The translations under genes and the position numbers were made by a program. From positions 672,001 through 736,000 of the forward strand of contig CAVPLM010000003.1 in the NCBI GenBank assembly GCA_963706025.1: DNA of 64,000 bases, given 5' to 3'. Positions 48,599 through 64,000 of this stretch are shown piece after piece. The notes under the pieces were generated by a model that did no database searches, was not told where the DNA came from, and saw nothing but the letters and a program-made list of their open reading frames with translations. The stretch is from an uncultured Actinomycetes bacterium (GTDB lineage: Bacteria > Actinomycetota > Thermoleophilia > RBG-16-64-13). How positions within the stretch are numbered: the stretch's first letter is position 1; every line of letters begins with the position of its first letter.

Positions 48599-49105
48599 AT
48601 GCAAATATTCGAACTAAATCCGGGGCTCTTTTTGTGGTCGGTGATCACGTTCTTGGCGCTGGTGGGCCTGCTCTACAAGTTCGCGTTCAACCCGCTCATG
48701 CGACTGCAGCAGGCGCGGCGTGCCGAGATCAGTCAGGCTATTCACGAGGCGGAGAAACTACGCGACGAAGCTCAAGGCCTGTTAGCCGACTACAAGCGCC
48801 AACTGGCGGTGGCCCGTCAGGAGGCCGAGACCATCGTCGACCGGGCTCGCAAGGCCGGTGAGTCGACCAAGGCGGAGGTGCTGGAAGAGGCGCGGGTGCA
48901 GGCTGAGGCCACTCTCGCGAAGGCCCGGCAGCAGATAGAGCGCGACACTAACAAAGCCCTGCAGAAGATCCGGACGGAAGTAGCCGACCTCACCGTCGCC
49001 GCCACCGAGAAGGTGGCCCGGAGCAGCCTGTCGAGCGAGGACCAGCTCCGTCTGATCCAAGAAGCCATCAACGAGATCGACCTGAGCAAGATCAGCGAGA
49101 ACTAG
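48599..49105 (+). CDS. atpF: ATP synthase F0 subunit b
   Basis: N-terminal TM plus coiled coil; operon order. Confidence 0.95.
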   Translation: MQIFELNPGLFLWSVITFLALVGLLYKFAFNPLMRLQQARRAEISQAIHEAEKLRDEAQGLLADYKRQLAVARQEAETIVDRARKAGESTKAEVLEEARVQAEATLAKARQQIERDTNKALQKIRTEVADLTVAATEKVARSSLSSEDQLRLIQEAINEIDLSKISEN

Positions 49106-49108
49106 GCA

Positions 49109-49664
49109 GTGAGCGAAGGCAAGATCGCACGAGTGTACGCGACCGCGCTCTATCAGGCGGCGGAGGAAGAAGGGCGCGTCGCCGAGGTGCGGCGCGACCT
49201 GGCTCAGTTCGTCGAGGCGCTCCAGACTACCGACGAGTTGCGCCGATTCCTGGTGGCGGAGGAGGTCTCCGACGCGCACAAGAAGGACGCCTTGCTCGAG
49301 CTCACCGAGGGCGGGGATGAGTTGATGCGCAACTTACTGCGCCTGATGGTGGACAAGAACAGGGAGTCCGAGCTGGAGGAGACCTACCGGGCTTTCGTCC
49401 AGTTGGTGGAGGAAGCACAGGGTCTCGTCCATGTGGAGGTGGTGAGCGCCGTGCCGCTCGCTGCTCCCCTACAGGAGGCTCTCCGAGCGAAGATCGAGTC
49501 GTCGCTCAACAAGACCGTGGAGCTGACCCTGACGGTGGACAAGGAGATACTGGGTGGACTTCGGCTGCGCATCGGCGATCGGGTCGCCGACGCGAGCGTA
49601 CGTCACCGGCTGGAGCGACTCCGTGAAGTGTTGATCAGCCCCATCGCTCATTTGGAGGATTCAG

Positions 49665-49681
<17 letters not shown>
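49109..49681 (+). CDS. atpH: ATP synthase F1 subunit delta
   Basis: [13 protein letters not shown] and DASV motifs. Confidence 0.95.
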
Positions 49682-51189
<1,508 letters not shown>

Positions 51190-51195
51190 GAGCAC

Positions 51196-52090
51196 ATGGC
51201 ATCTCAGCGCGACATAAGGCGCCGGATCGTTTCGGTGCAGAACACCAGGAAGATCACCAAGGCCATGGAGATGGTGGCTGCGGCCCGGCTGCGCCGCGCC
51301 CAGCAGCGGATAGAGGCCACGCGGCCGTACGCTCTCAACATGCTCGAGTTCATCGGTCAGCTCGTGCGCTACCTGCAGGTGGACGTGACGCAGTATCCAC
51401 TGCTCAAGGATCGCGATCAGATCAAGAAAGTGACGGTGATCGCGCTCACCGCCGACCGGGGTATGTGCGGGGCCTTCAACTCCAACATCTTGCGCCGCGC
51501 CCTCGACCGGATCGACACCTACACCGCCCAAGGGGTGGACAGCGACCTCGTCATAATGGGTCGCAAGGGTGTCGGCACGGCCCGCTTCCAGGGATACCGG
51601 ATCGACAAGGCCTATCTCGACGTGACGGAGCGCACCGCGCTTTCCTCGAGGCCCAGGCCATCACGAACGGGGTGATAAGGCGGTACAACGAACGAGATCA
51701 TCGACCGGGTGCATCTGGTGTTCAACCGCTTCAAGAGCCCGATGGAGCAATTCGTCACCGATCAGGTGATACTGCCCATCCAGGAAGAGCTCACCAGCCT
51801 CTATATGTCCGACCGACGCCTGCGAGCACATGGATTTCCTGTTCGAGCCTTCACCGGAGGCGATCCTGGCGGATCTCCTACCCTCCTACGTCGAGATCAC
51901 GATATACCGGGCGATTCTGGAGGGCATGGCCAGCGAGCACGGGGCCCGGATGACGGCGATGCGGAACGCCTCTGAGGCCGCAGACGAGATGATCGACGAA
52001 CTGACCCTGGCGATGAACCGGGTGCGGCAGGCATCCATCACTCAGGAGATCCTGGAAGTGGTGGCAGGGGCCGACGCCCTGTCCGGATAA
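51196..52090 (+). CDS. atpG: ATP synthase F1 subunit gamma (three apparent frameshifts, 51630-51830)
   Basis: [25 protein letters not shown] and RQASITQEI lie in different frames. Confidence 0.9.
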
Positions 52091-53593
<1,503 letters not shown>

Positions 53594-53605
53594 GCGGGGT
53601 GGATC

Positions 53606-54046
53606 GTGGGCCAGGAGGACAGCGCCTATCTGAGGCTGGAACTGGTGGCTCCTGCCGGCCTCGTTTACGAGGGCGACGTGGAGATGGTGGTGCTCCCGGC
53701 TGTCACCGGCGAAGTGGGCATTCTACCCAGGCACGCTCCGATGGTGGCCCAACTCGCGATCGGCCGGTTGCGGGCTCTGTCCGCCGACGGGGAGTGGTTG
53801 GTCTTCGCCGTTGCCGATGGTTTCGTCAAGGTCCAGTTCAACAAGGTGATCGTGCTTGCCGACGCGGCCGAGGAAGCCTCCAAGATCGACATCCCCCGGG
53901 TCGAGAAGGCCATCGAGCGGGCCACCGAGCGCCTGGAGATGCACCGCGAAGGTACGGTGCCGGAGGATGAAGACGTGGATCCCTACCGCGAGCAGTTGGC
54001 ACTCTATCGGGCCCGCAATCGTCTCAAAGTCTCCCAGCAGGCCTGA
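53606..54046 (+). CDS. atpC: ATP synthase F1 subunit epsilon
   Basis: GEVGILPRHAP motif; operon position. Confidence 0.95.
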   Translation: MGQEDSAYLRLELVAPAGLVYEGDVEMVVLPAVTGEVGILPRHAPMVAQLAIGRLRALSADGEWLVFAVADGFVKVQFNKVIVLADAAEEASKIDIPRVEKAIERATERLEMHREGTVPEDEDVDPYREQLALYRARNRLKVSQQA

Positions 54047-54049
54047 TTC

Positions 54050-55348
54050 ATGGCTGTGGGATCCGGAGAGCCGCGCCTGATCGTCCGCGGCGGGCAACGG
54101 CTGTCGGGTTCAGTGATGGTCTCCGGGGCCAAGAACTCGGCATTGAAGCTCATGGCCGCGTCCTTGCTGGCTCCGGGCGCCAGTCTGCTTCACAACGTCC
54201 CCGACATCCAGGACGTCCGCACGATGCAGGAGGTGCTGGAGCATCTGGGCGCCGTTGTAGCGTTCGACAGAGGCACCATGACGGTGGACACGACCGAAGT
54301 GCAATCGCACGTGGCCCCGTACGATCTGGTGCAGCGCATGCGGGCCTCCATTCAGATAATGGGCCCGCTGGTGGCGCGCTTCGGTCAGGCAAGGGTGGCG
54401 ATGCCGGGCGGCTGCAATCTCGGGCCGCGCAAGATCGACATCCACCTGCGCGGATTGGCCGAGATGGGCGGGGTGGTGCGTTCGGACCACGGTTTTGTCG
54501 AGGTCACAGCTGAGAAGCTTCGCGCGACCAACATCTTCCTTGACTATCCCAGCGTCGGCGCCACCGAGAACCTGCTCATGGCCGCCGTGCTGGCTGAAGG
54601 GACCACCATCTTGGAGAACGCCGCCAGGGAGCCGGAGATCGTCGATCTGTGCAAGTTCCTGGTTAGCATGGGCGCGGACATCGAGGGCGCGGGCAGCTCC
54701 ACGTTGCGCATCAACGGTGTCGAAGAGATGCATCCGGCCGAGCACACCGTGCTGGGAGACCGGATAGAGGCGGGAACGTTCCTCATCGCCGGGGCCGTCA
54801 CAGGCGGGGAGGTGGAGGTGACCGGCATCAGCCCCCACGTGCTCGAGCTTTTCTTGTTCAAGCTTCGATCGGTCGGAGTGCAGGTGCAGGAGAACACGCG
54901 CAGCATCAAGGCGAGCGGAGATCCGCGTTCGTACACGGCGGCGGATGTCGCCACCCTTCCGTACCCTGGTTTTCCCACGGATCTACAGGCGCAGATGATG
55001 GTCTTGCTCTCCATCGCCAAAGGGGTCTCGGTGGTTACCGAGAACGTCTTTGAGAGCCGCTTCGGTTTCGTAGACGAGTTGATCCGGTTGGGGGCCGAGA
55101 TACGGGTGGACGGTAATCACGCGGTCGTCAACGGGGAACGGTCGCTCACCGGGGCTATCGTGCGTTGCCCCGATCTGCGCGCGGCGGCCGCACTGGCCAC
55201 CGCCGGGCTGGTGGCGGAGGGCTGCACCGAGCTGCGGGAGGTCCAACATCTCGACCGGGGGTATGAGCGCTTCGACGAGAAGCTCCGGACCTTGGGCGCT
55301 GAAGTGGAAAGAGTCGGCGTGGGGCCAGGATCCTGCCGGTCGCTCTGA
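54050..55348 (+). CDS. murA: UDP-N-acetylglucosamine 1-carboxyvinyltransferase
   Basis: GAKNSA, PGGCNLG and PGFPTDLQ motifs. Confidence 0.98.
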   Translation: MAVGSGEPRLIVRGGQRLSGSVMVSGAKNSALKLMAASLLAPGASLLHNVPDIQDVRTMQEVLEHLGAVVAFDRGTMTVDTTEVQSHVAPYDLVQRMRASIQIMGPLVARFGQARVAMPGGCNLGPRKIDIHLRGLAEMGGVVRSDHGFVEVTAEKLRATNIFLDYPSVGATENLLMAAVLAEGTTILENAAREPEIVDLCKFLVSMGADIEGAGSSTLRINGVEEMHPAEHTVLGDRIEAGTFLIAGAVTGGEVEVTGISPHVLELFLFKLRSVGVQVQENTRSIKASGDPRSYTAADVATLPYPGFPTDLQAQMMVLLSIAKGVSVVTENVFESRFGFVDELIRLGAEIRVDGNHAVVNGERSLTGAIVRCPDLRAAAALATAGLVAEGCTELREVQHLDRGYERFDEKLRTLGAEVERVGVGPGSCRSL

Positions 55349-55350
55349 CC

Positions 55351-55380
55351 TTGGCCGCAGAACTGGCTGCGCGCTAGAAT
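55351..55380 (+). promoter_or_regulatory. Possible promoter of the LCP pair
   Basis: TTGGCC-18 bp-TAGAAT. Confidence 0.45.
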
Positions 55381-55410
55381 CTCTTGTTCACTCGCGAGCG
55401 GAGCACATCA

Positions 55411-56964
55411 CTGAAAAGCAAACCCTACACTGTCTATACGGTCGAACGACTGCACAAGCGTCGAGTCCGCCGCGTCGTCCTCTGGTCTGTGGTGGGGCTC
55501 GCGGTGGCGGTCTTGGCCGTAGCGGGAGGCTCGTACCTCTGGCTGCACCTGCAGGTGTCCGGCACTCGTACGACCGACCCCGGCGTCGCGGAAGCCGTCG
55601 GGTCCACGCGAGAGGATGCCATCGGTACGCCGACGGGCATGGACATAATCCTCATCGGTTCCGATAAGCGGCCGACGAACGCCGGGGAGGAGACTCGCTC
55701 CGACACGGTGATTCTCGTCCATGCCGATCCCGACGAGGACTACCTCTCGATGCTCTCCCTTCCGCGCGATCTGCGCGTGGAGGTACCGGGTCAGGGCATC
55801 GAGAAACTGAACGCGGCCTACGCCCAGGGGGGACCGGAGCTCACCATCAAGACCGTGGAGCAACTGACCGGGGTCGATATAGACGAGTATGTGGAAGTCG
55901 ATTTCCAGGCCTTCAGCGATATCGTCGAGTCGGTCGGAGGGGTCTATCTGGACATCGACCGGCGCTACTACAACGACGATCCCGAGTTCGAGCTGATCAA
56001 GGTCTCTCCGGGGTATCAGCTGTTGGAGGGCGACCAGGCCCTCGACTACGTGCGCTTCCGGAACGATCTCAACTTCGACTTCGGGCGCATGGACCGGCAG
56101 CAGCGGTTCATCACGGCGCTGCGGGAGCAGGCCATGGGCTGGAACCTGGCCCTCGATCTCCCGGGGGTGATAAACGCCCTCTTCGACAACCTGGTCACCA
56201 CCCTGGGGACGAACGATGTCCTCAAACTGGCCTACTGGGGCGCGCGCCTCGACGGTGCCCGTATTCGGCAGGTGAGCATCATCGGCGACATCCAGGAGCG
56301 CGACGGCGTCTCGTATGTCATCCCCGAGGATGGAGCGGTGGAGGAGGCGGTGCAGAAGCTGATGACGGCGCCGGACGCGTCTGCGGGCGATCAGACGGCG
56401 GCCTCCGGCGATTCCAACGGCGGCGGGACAGGCACCACCTCGGAGACCTCCACGACCTCCACGACCTCTTCCAACGACACCTCCACTTCGTTCGTCACCG
56501 ATCCCGACGAGATCGCCAACAGCCGGTTGTGGAACCAACTAGCCTCGGCTGCACCTTTCCAAGTACTTGCCCCCGGGTACCTTCCGGAGGGCTACGCGTA
56601 CGTCGATAGGATGCCGGTGACGGGTGGCGCGTACGACATCGTGGTGGGCGACGATACCAGGCCGGCCATCAAGACGGTCTATCGGCTGACCAACGTCGAG
56701 GGAACAGAGACCGACCAGTATATGGGGATCATGGAGACCACCTGGCTCGACGCCCCGGCGGCCGGTGCCGGCCAAGAAGTAGAGAGGAACGGGATCACGT
56801 ACACTTTCGTGGGAACCGACCAGAGGACCGAGCGCATCTGGTGGGTGAAGGACGAAGTCCTGTACTGGGTCTCCAACACCCTTTCCTACGTGCTGAACAG
56901 GACGGAGCTCCTCAAAGTGGCCGAATCGATGATCGTGATACCGAGTGGAGCCGGCACTGACTGA
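55411..56964 (+). CDS. LCP (LytR-CpsA-Psr) glycopolymer transferase, paralog 1
   Basis: TM anchor plus RSDT, SLPRD, KLNAAY and RFR...DFGR..RQQ. The start is inferred (CTG). Confidence 0.92.
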   Translation: MKSKPYTVYTVERLHKRRVRRVVLWSVVGLAVAVLAVAGGSYLWLHLQVSGTRTTDPGVAEAVGSTREDAIGTPTGMDIILIGSDKRPTNAGEETRSDTVILVHADPDEDYLSMLSLPRDLRVEVPGQGIEKLNAAYAQGGPELTIKTVEQLTGVDIDEYVEVDFQAFSDIVESVGGVYLDIDRRYYNDDPEFELIKVSPGYQLLEGDQALDYVRFRNDLNFDFGRMDRQQRFITALREQAMGWNLALDLPGVINALFDNLVTTLGTNDVLKLAYWGARLDGARIRQVSIIGDIQERDGVSYVIPEDGAVEEAVQKLMTAPDASAGDQTAASGDSNGGGTGTTSETSTTSTTSSNDTSTSFVTDPDEIANSRLWNQLASAAPFQVLAPGYLPEGYAYVDRMPVTGGAYDIVVGDDTRPAIKTVYRLTNVEGTETDQYMGIMETTWLDAPAAGAGQEVERNGITYTFVGTDQRTERIWWVKDEVLYWVSNTLSYVLNRTELLKVAESMIVIPSGAGTD

Positions 56965-58803
56965 CAAACCGTACACCGTGTATTCGGTGGAAGGCGGCAA
57001 AAAGGGAGGGTGGAAGCGCATCCTCCTATGGACGCTGGTCGGCGTGTTCGTTCTACTGCTGGCCGCAGGCGGCGGATCCTATCTGTGGTTCCGAGACCAG
57101 GTCGCGGGAGCCAACGAGCGGGTGGCGCCGGAGGTCAAGGCGGTGTTGGCGGAGAAGCCGAGCAGCACGATCGTCTCTGTGACCGTTCCCGCAGCTAAGG
57201 CTCAGCCCGAGCCTGAGGTTCCCGACTCCCCCACGGGGATGAACCTGCTGGTGCTGGGATCCGACCGCAGGGAGAGCGAAGAGGACGATTCCGGCCGTTC
57301 TGACACCATCATCCTCGTGCACGTCGATCCCGACCAGGACTATCTTTCCGTGCTTTCGTTGCCGCGGGATCTCAGGGTGAAGGTGCCCGGTCACGGGTTG
57401 GCGAAGATCAACGCCGCTTACGCGTTCGGCGGCCCGGCTCTCACCATCAGGACTGTCGAGCAAGTGACCGGCGTCGACATCAACCACTACTTGGAGATCG
57501 ACTTCGATGCCTTCAAAGACATCACCAACTCCCTCGGCGGGGTCTATGTGGACGTCGATCGGCGCTACTACAACGACAACCCTGAATGGGAACTGATCAA
57601 GCTCGCCCCCGGCTATCAACTGCTGAACGGCGACCAAGCCCTCGACTACGTGCGCTTCAGGCACGACCAGAACATGGACTTCGGTCGAATGGAACGGCAA
57701 CAGCTGTTCTTAAGCGCCGTCCGCGAGCAGGCGATGGGCTGGGATCTGCCCTTCAAACTGCCGAGGCTGGTCAGTGCTCTCTTCAAGAACGTCGACACCG
57801 ACCTGGGTGCCAACGACATCCTTAAGCTCGCCTATTGGGGCACAAGGCTGGACGGCGCCCGCATCCGGCAGATCAGTATCGTCGGAGCCACGGACACCAT
57901 CGGGGGTGCATCGTACGTCCTCGTCGACGAGGACGCCATCGTCGACGCCGTGACCGCCTTCCTTACTCCGCCCCGGGCCACGCAGGCGGCCGGCGATAGT
58001 GGGGCGGTGACAGGAACGACCGTCCCGGACGCCGGCTCGTCGTCTGCGGGCGTCGCTGAAGTCGACCTAAGCGGCATGGAAGTCGACGTACTGAACGCTA
58101 ACGGCCGGGCGGGAGAGGCCGCGGCAGCCGGCGAATGGCTGGAAAGTCTGGGAGCCACGGTCCACACGGTCGCGAACGCCGACACGTCCGTCCAAGAAGC
58201 CACGTCGGTCGAATACCCCTCAGGCCTCTCCGCGGAGGCCAGAGAGGTGGCCAAGGTGTTCGGAGCGGAGTCGGTGAGCAGGAACAGCTCGGTCGATCAC
58301 GTCACCGTCATCCTGGGAGGGGACTTCTGGCTTCCAGCGGAGTACGCTCTTCCTCCCAACCCGAGCAACATCCCCGACGCCGGTGGATGGAAGACGATCG
58401 CCCAGACGGTCCCCTTCGCCGTGCAGGCGCCGGCGTATCTCCCCCGGGGCTACAGGTTCGTGGAGCGGATGCCGCCGACCGGCGCGACTTACGATATCGA
58501 CGCGGATGGTGGCACCAAGCCCGCCTTCAAGATGTTGTACCGCCTGATAGAGGATGGAGAGTACACCGACCAATACATGGGCATCACGGAGACCACCTGG
58601 TTGGACGCCCCTGCTGCCGGGAAGGGCGTGGAGGTCAGGAATGGCGGCACCACGTTCACCATCGTGGGCACAAACGAGAAGGTGGAACGCATCTGGTGGA
58701 GGGCCGACGGCGTGCTGTATTGGGTGTCGAACACTCTGTCGCACCTCCTCAGCAAGGAGGAGCTGCTGGCGGTGGCCCAATCGATGCTGCCCATCCCTCC
58801 CGA

Positions 58804-58807
<4 letters not shown>
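56957..58807 (+). CDS. LCP transferase, paralog 2, with an extra LytR_C-like domain
   Basis: Same LCP motifs plus VDVLNANGRAGEA...VTVILG. The start is inferred (CTG). Confidence 0.92.
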
Positions 58808-60734
<1,927 letters not shown>

Positions 60735-60739
60735 ACGCG

Positions 60740-61897
60740 GTGGCGGGTCCAAGGACTCCGGAAGGCGGCGGCCCAATCAGGACCGTGGAGTGGCAGGAAG
60801 GGGTCGTGGTCATGATCGACCAGCGCCGGCTGCCACTCGAAGAGGTGTACCTCCGTTGTGAGACCTGGGAGGCCGTGGCGGACGCCATCTGTACCATGGC
60901 GATCCGCGGGGCCCCCGCTCTCGGCGTAGCCGCGGGCATGGGGATGGCGCTGGCGGCGCGGGCCGCGCTGCGCGCCGGCGCCGGCGAGCCCGCCCGCTTC
61001 CGGGCTTCGCTCCAAGCTGCGTCCAAAGGCCTGTTCGAGACCCGGCCCACAGCGTATAACCTGCCCTGGGCACTCAGTGAGATGGAACGCATCTGGAGCA
61101 GGGACGACCTCACCCCGGCGGAGATCGCTGCCGCGATGGAGCGCCGGGCAGTGGAGATCCACAAGGAAGACTTGGCCTCGTGCCGGGCGATCGGAGAGCT
61201 TGGGGCCGGGCTCATCCAAGGAGAGAAGCCGGTGATCTTGACGCACTGCAACGCGGGGGCCTTGGCAACGGCGGGCTACGGAACGGCCCTGGGGGTCATC
61301 AGGGCGGTGCATGCCCGCGATCCCCGTGTTCACGTCTTGGCCGACGAGACCAGGCCGTTGCTCCAGGGCGCCCGGCTGACCGCCTGGGAGCTGATGCGGG
61401 AGGGCATCTCCGTGGAACTGATCACCGACGGTATGGCCGGTCACTTCATGAGCCGCGGTCTCGTGACCCACGTGGTGGTGGGAGCCGACCGCATCACCGC
61501 CAACGGAGACGTGGCCAACAAGATCGGGACGTACACGGTCTCCGTGCTGGCTCGAGAACACGGCATACCGTTCTATGTGGCCGCTCCGTTCTCCACGGTC
61601 GACCGATCGCTGGCGGATGGGAGCGCCATCCCCATCGAGGAGCGCGATTCCTCAGAGGTCACCGGATTCGGAGGGGTGCGTTGGGCTCCCCCGGGCGTGA
61701 AGGTGCGCAACCCGGCCTTCGACGTGACTCCCGCGGGCAACGTGACGGCTATCATCACCGAGCGGGGTGTGGCGTTCCCGCCGTATGCGGTGAGTCTCGC
61801 GCAACTGGAAGCCAAGGCCGAGCGGCGTACGGCCCGGCCGGTCTCGGCCGGCTACCACACGCGCCCTGAGGGCGTCGGAGCTGGGGAGGCAGAATGA
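60740..61897 (+). CDS. mtnA: S-methyl-5-thioribose-1-phosphate isomerase
   Basis: RGAPA, THCNAG, GDVANKIGT and NPAFDVTP motifs. The start is approximate. Confidence 0.95.
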   Translation: MAGPRTPEGGGPIRTVEWQEGVVVMIDQRRLPLEEVYLRCETWEAVADAICTMAIRGAPALGVAAGMGMALAARAALRAGAGEPARFRASLQAASKGLFETRPTAYNLPWALSEMERIWSRDDLTPAEIAAAMERRAVEIHKEDLASCRAIGELGAGLIQGEKPVILTHCNAGALATAGYGTALGVIRAVHARDPRVHVLADETRPLLQGARLTAWELMREGISVELITDGMAGHFMSRGLVTHVVVGADRITANGDVANKIGTYTVSVLAREHGIPFYVAAPFSTVDRSLADGSAIPIEERDSSEVTGFGGVRWAPPGVKVRNPAFDVTPAGNVTAIITERGVAFPPYAVSLAQLEAKAERRTARPVSAGYHTRPEGVGAGEAE

Positions 61898-62895
61898 AGG
61901 TCATGATCATGGCCGCCGGCAAGGGGACAAGACTCCGTCCCCTCACCGACTATCTTCCGAAGCCCATGGTCCCCGTTGTCAACCGGCCGGCGCTGTACCA
62001 CATCCTTCGCCTGCTTCGTCGTCACGGCCTCCGGGAGGCAGTGATCAATCTCCATCACATGCCCGCGGTCATCACGGACTACTTCGGTGACGGGGCCTGG
62101 ATGGACATGGACATCACCTACTCCTTCGAGCCCGAACTCCTGGGCACCGCGGGCGGGGTCAAGAAGAATGCCGCCTTTCTGGGAGGCGACACCTTCTTGG
62201 TGATGAGCGGCGACGCTTTGACCGACATCGACCTGACCGGATTGGTGGCCGCTCACCGACGGCGTGGATCCATCGCCACCCTGGCCGTCACGGAAGTGCC
62301 CGATCCGAGCCTCTTCGGAGTCGTGGTCGCCGATGACGACGACAGGGTGGTGGGTTTTCAGGAGAAGCCCACCCGGGAGGAAGCCCGATCGAGAATGTGC
62401 AATTGCGGCATATACGTATTCGAGCCCGATATCCTCGCGCACATCCCACCCGACCAGTTCGATGACTTCGGGCGCCGCGTGTTTCCGGATCTGCTGCGCC
62501 AGCAGGTCCCTTTTCACGCCCAAAGCGTGACAGGATACTGGAGCGACGTGGGCAATCTGGGCGAGTATGTGCGGGGGAATGCCGACGCCCTGGAGGGTCT
62601 GGTGGAGGTCGAGATCCCGGGAAACGAGATCCGCCCCGGCGTGTGGGTGGAGACCGAGACGACCGTGGCGCCGACAGTGCGCCTCGAGCCGCCGGTAGCG
62701 ATCGGGCAAGGGTGCCTGCTGGGCGAAGAGGTGGTGGTCGAAGGCCCTGCGGTGGTAGGAGACGGGAGCGTGCTGGAGGCCGGGTCGCACGTGTCTGGGA
62801 GCTTGTTGCTGCCCGGATCGTATATCCCGGCCGGCGCGCTGGTGGTGAACGGAGTCGTGGGCCGGAGCTCGCCCGCGCAGGACAATGGTGGTTGA
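61894..62895 (+). CDS. NDP-sugar pyrophosphorylase (mannose-1-phosphate guanylyltransferase-like)
   Basis: AAGKGTRLRPLT...PKP, FQEKP and hexapeptide repeats. Confidence 0.88.
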   Translation: MKVMIMAAGKGTRLRPLTDYLPKPMVPVVNRPALYHILRLLRRHGLREAVINLHHMPAVITDYFGDGAWMDMDITYSFEPELLGTAGGVKKNAAFLGGDTFLVMSGDALTDIDLTGLVAAHRRRGSIATLAVTEVPDPSLFGVVVADDDDRVVGFQEKPTREEARSRMCNCGIYVFEPDILAHIPPDQFDDFGRRVFPDLLRQQVPFHAQSVTGYWSDVGNLGEYVRGNADALEGLVEVEIPGNEIRPGVWVETETTVAPTVRLEPPVAIGQGCLLGEEVVVEGPAVVGDGSVLEAGSHVSGSLLLPGSYIPAGALVVNGVVGRSSPAQDNGG

Positions 62896-63724
62896 GCAGG
62901 CAGTCGAGTCTGGGCGTAGCAGGAGCGCCGGTCGGGGTATCGCGCGGGCGGCGGGGTGGTGGCGCGACTCGGTGGGGGAGCCCCTGCTGTCGGTCCTCTT
63001 TCCGCCCCGTTGTGTGGGCTGCCGCGACTTCGAGACGTACCTGTGCCCCTCATGTCGAGGGACCCTCGTCGCGGTCGGTCCGGGCGGCTGTCCGCGCTGC
63101 GGCGAGCCGGGCCCGCAGCCCCTCGTGGCCGGCCGCTGCTCTCACTGCATCAGTGCGGACTTCAGCTATTCCGGTGCGCGAAGCGCTTTCCGCCACCAGG
63201 GGGCGGCGCGGCAGCTGGTGGCTGAATTCAAGTTCGGTGGACAGCCGGTGCTCGGCCGGCTGATGGCCGATCTGGCGAGACCGGCGTTCACGGAGTACCT
63301 GTCTTCGATCGGGCCGCGCGATCGGATACTGGTCACCTGGGTCCCGTCGCATCGAGCCGCGCGACGCGAGCGAGGTTACAACCAGGCGGAGGTGCTGGCT
63401 CGAGCGCTGGCCGGCGGTCCCCTGCCGCGGCCCGTGGCCGATCTGGTCGAGAAGACGGCCGCCACCAGGCATCAGAAGGAGTTGGGAAGAGCCGGACGAC
63501 AGAGCAATCTGCGTGGGGCTTTCACCATGAGGCAGTCAGGATATGCCGGCCCTGCCGCCGGCTTGGCCGCCGATTATGAGGCCGTGGTCCTCGTCGACGA
63601 CGTCTATACGACCGGAGCCACGGCGCAGGAGGTGTCTTCGGTGCTTGTCCGGGGTACGGGACTACCGGTACACGTCTTCACCTTCTCTCGGGCGGTCGGC
63701 GGCAAGGTCGAGGGGCACGACTGA
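62885..63724 (+). CDS. comF: ComF family phosphoribosyltransferase-like protein
   Basis: Double Zn ribbon, RGYNQ and LVDDVYTTGAT motifs. Confidence 0.9.
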   Translation: MVVEQAVESGRSRSAGRGIARAAGWWRDSVGEPLLSVLFPPRCVGCRDFETYLCPSCRGTLVAVGPGGCPRCGEPGPQPLVAGRCSHCISADFSYSGARSAFRHQGAARQLVAEFKFGGQPVLGRLMADLARPAFTEYLSSIGPRDRILVTWVPSHRAARRERGYNQAEVLARALAGGPLPRPVADLVEKTAATRHQKELGRAGRQSNLRGAFTMRQSGYAGPAAGLAADYEAVVLVDDVYTTGATAQEVSSVLVRGTGLPVHVFTFSRAVGGKVEGHD

Positions 63725-63831
63725 AGGAGGGATATGGTATCTTTCACCGCTCCCCAGAGGAAGACGAAGGGCCCCGAGGATCCGGGTCCTTCGGGGAGAA
63801 TCCACATGACGAGTCAAGGAGCAGGACCGGC

Positions 63832-64000
63832 GTGAATCTCACGGTCAAAGGCAGGAATCTCGCCCTCACAGAAGCGGTCAGCGCTTATGCCGAGGAGAAG
63901 ATCGGACGCCTTGGGAAGTACCTGGCGAACGGATCTCGATGCGAAGTGGAGCTCTGGACCGAGAAGAACCCCAGTATCCCCGCCAACCAAGTGGTGGAGG
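63832..64000 (+). CDS. hpf: Ribosome hibernation factor HPF/RaiA (3'-partial)
   Basis: Hand translation: MNLTVKGRNLALTEAVSAYAEEKIGRLGKY...EKNPSI. The comF-hpf order is typical. Confidence 0.9.
   Translation, partial: MNLTVKGRNLALTEAVSAYAEEKIGRLGKYLANGSRCEVELWTEKNPSIPANQVVE

Overview
This is a high-GC core-genome window from a deep-branching Actinomycetota, probably Thermoleophilia-like (inferred from the RpoC and S10 sequence style). In order it holds partial rpoB, rpoC, the str/S10/spc/alpha ribosomal superoperon and truA, then a two-gene insert (pyrogallol-transhydroxylase-like molybdoenzyme plus a divergent TetR). These are followed by rplM-rpsI, a PLP racemase, glmS, an AcpS-Nnr fusion, a tRNA nucleotidyltransferase, rpmE-thyX-prfA, a PrmC-TsaC fusion, glyA, the atp operon, murA, two LCP paralogs, a degenerate PNP, ahcY, mtnA, an NDP-sugar transferase, comF and partial hpf. 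I saw no rRNA, tRNA, CRISPR array or transposase. The strongest novelty candidate is an alpha-CTD-like domain fused to the C-terminus of the RNA polymerase beta' subunit (25/60 identical to this genome's own RpoA CTD by hand alignment). Other candidates are two related palindromic elements in ribosomal-operon spacers, a readable promoter with a double operator for the orphan molybdoenzyme, probable CTG start codons, a probable CC-adding enzyme and a pseudo-PNP. Frameshifts in atpA, atpG and cca are probably assembly errors. All alignments were done by eye and no searches were run.
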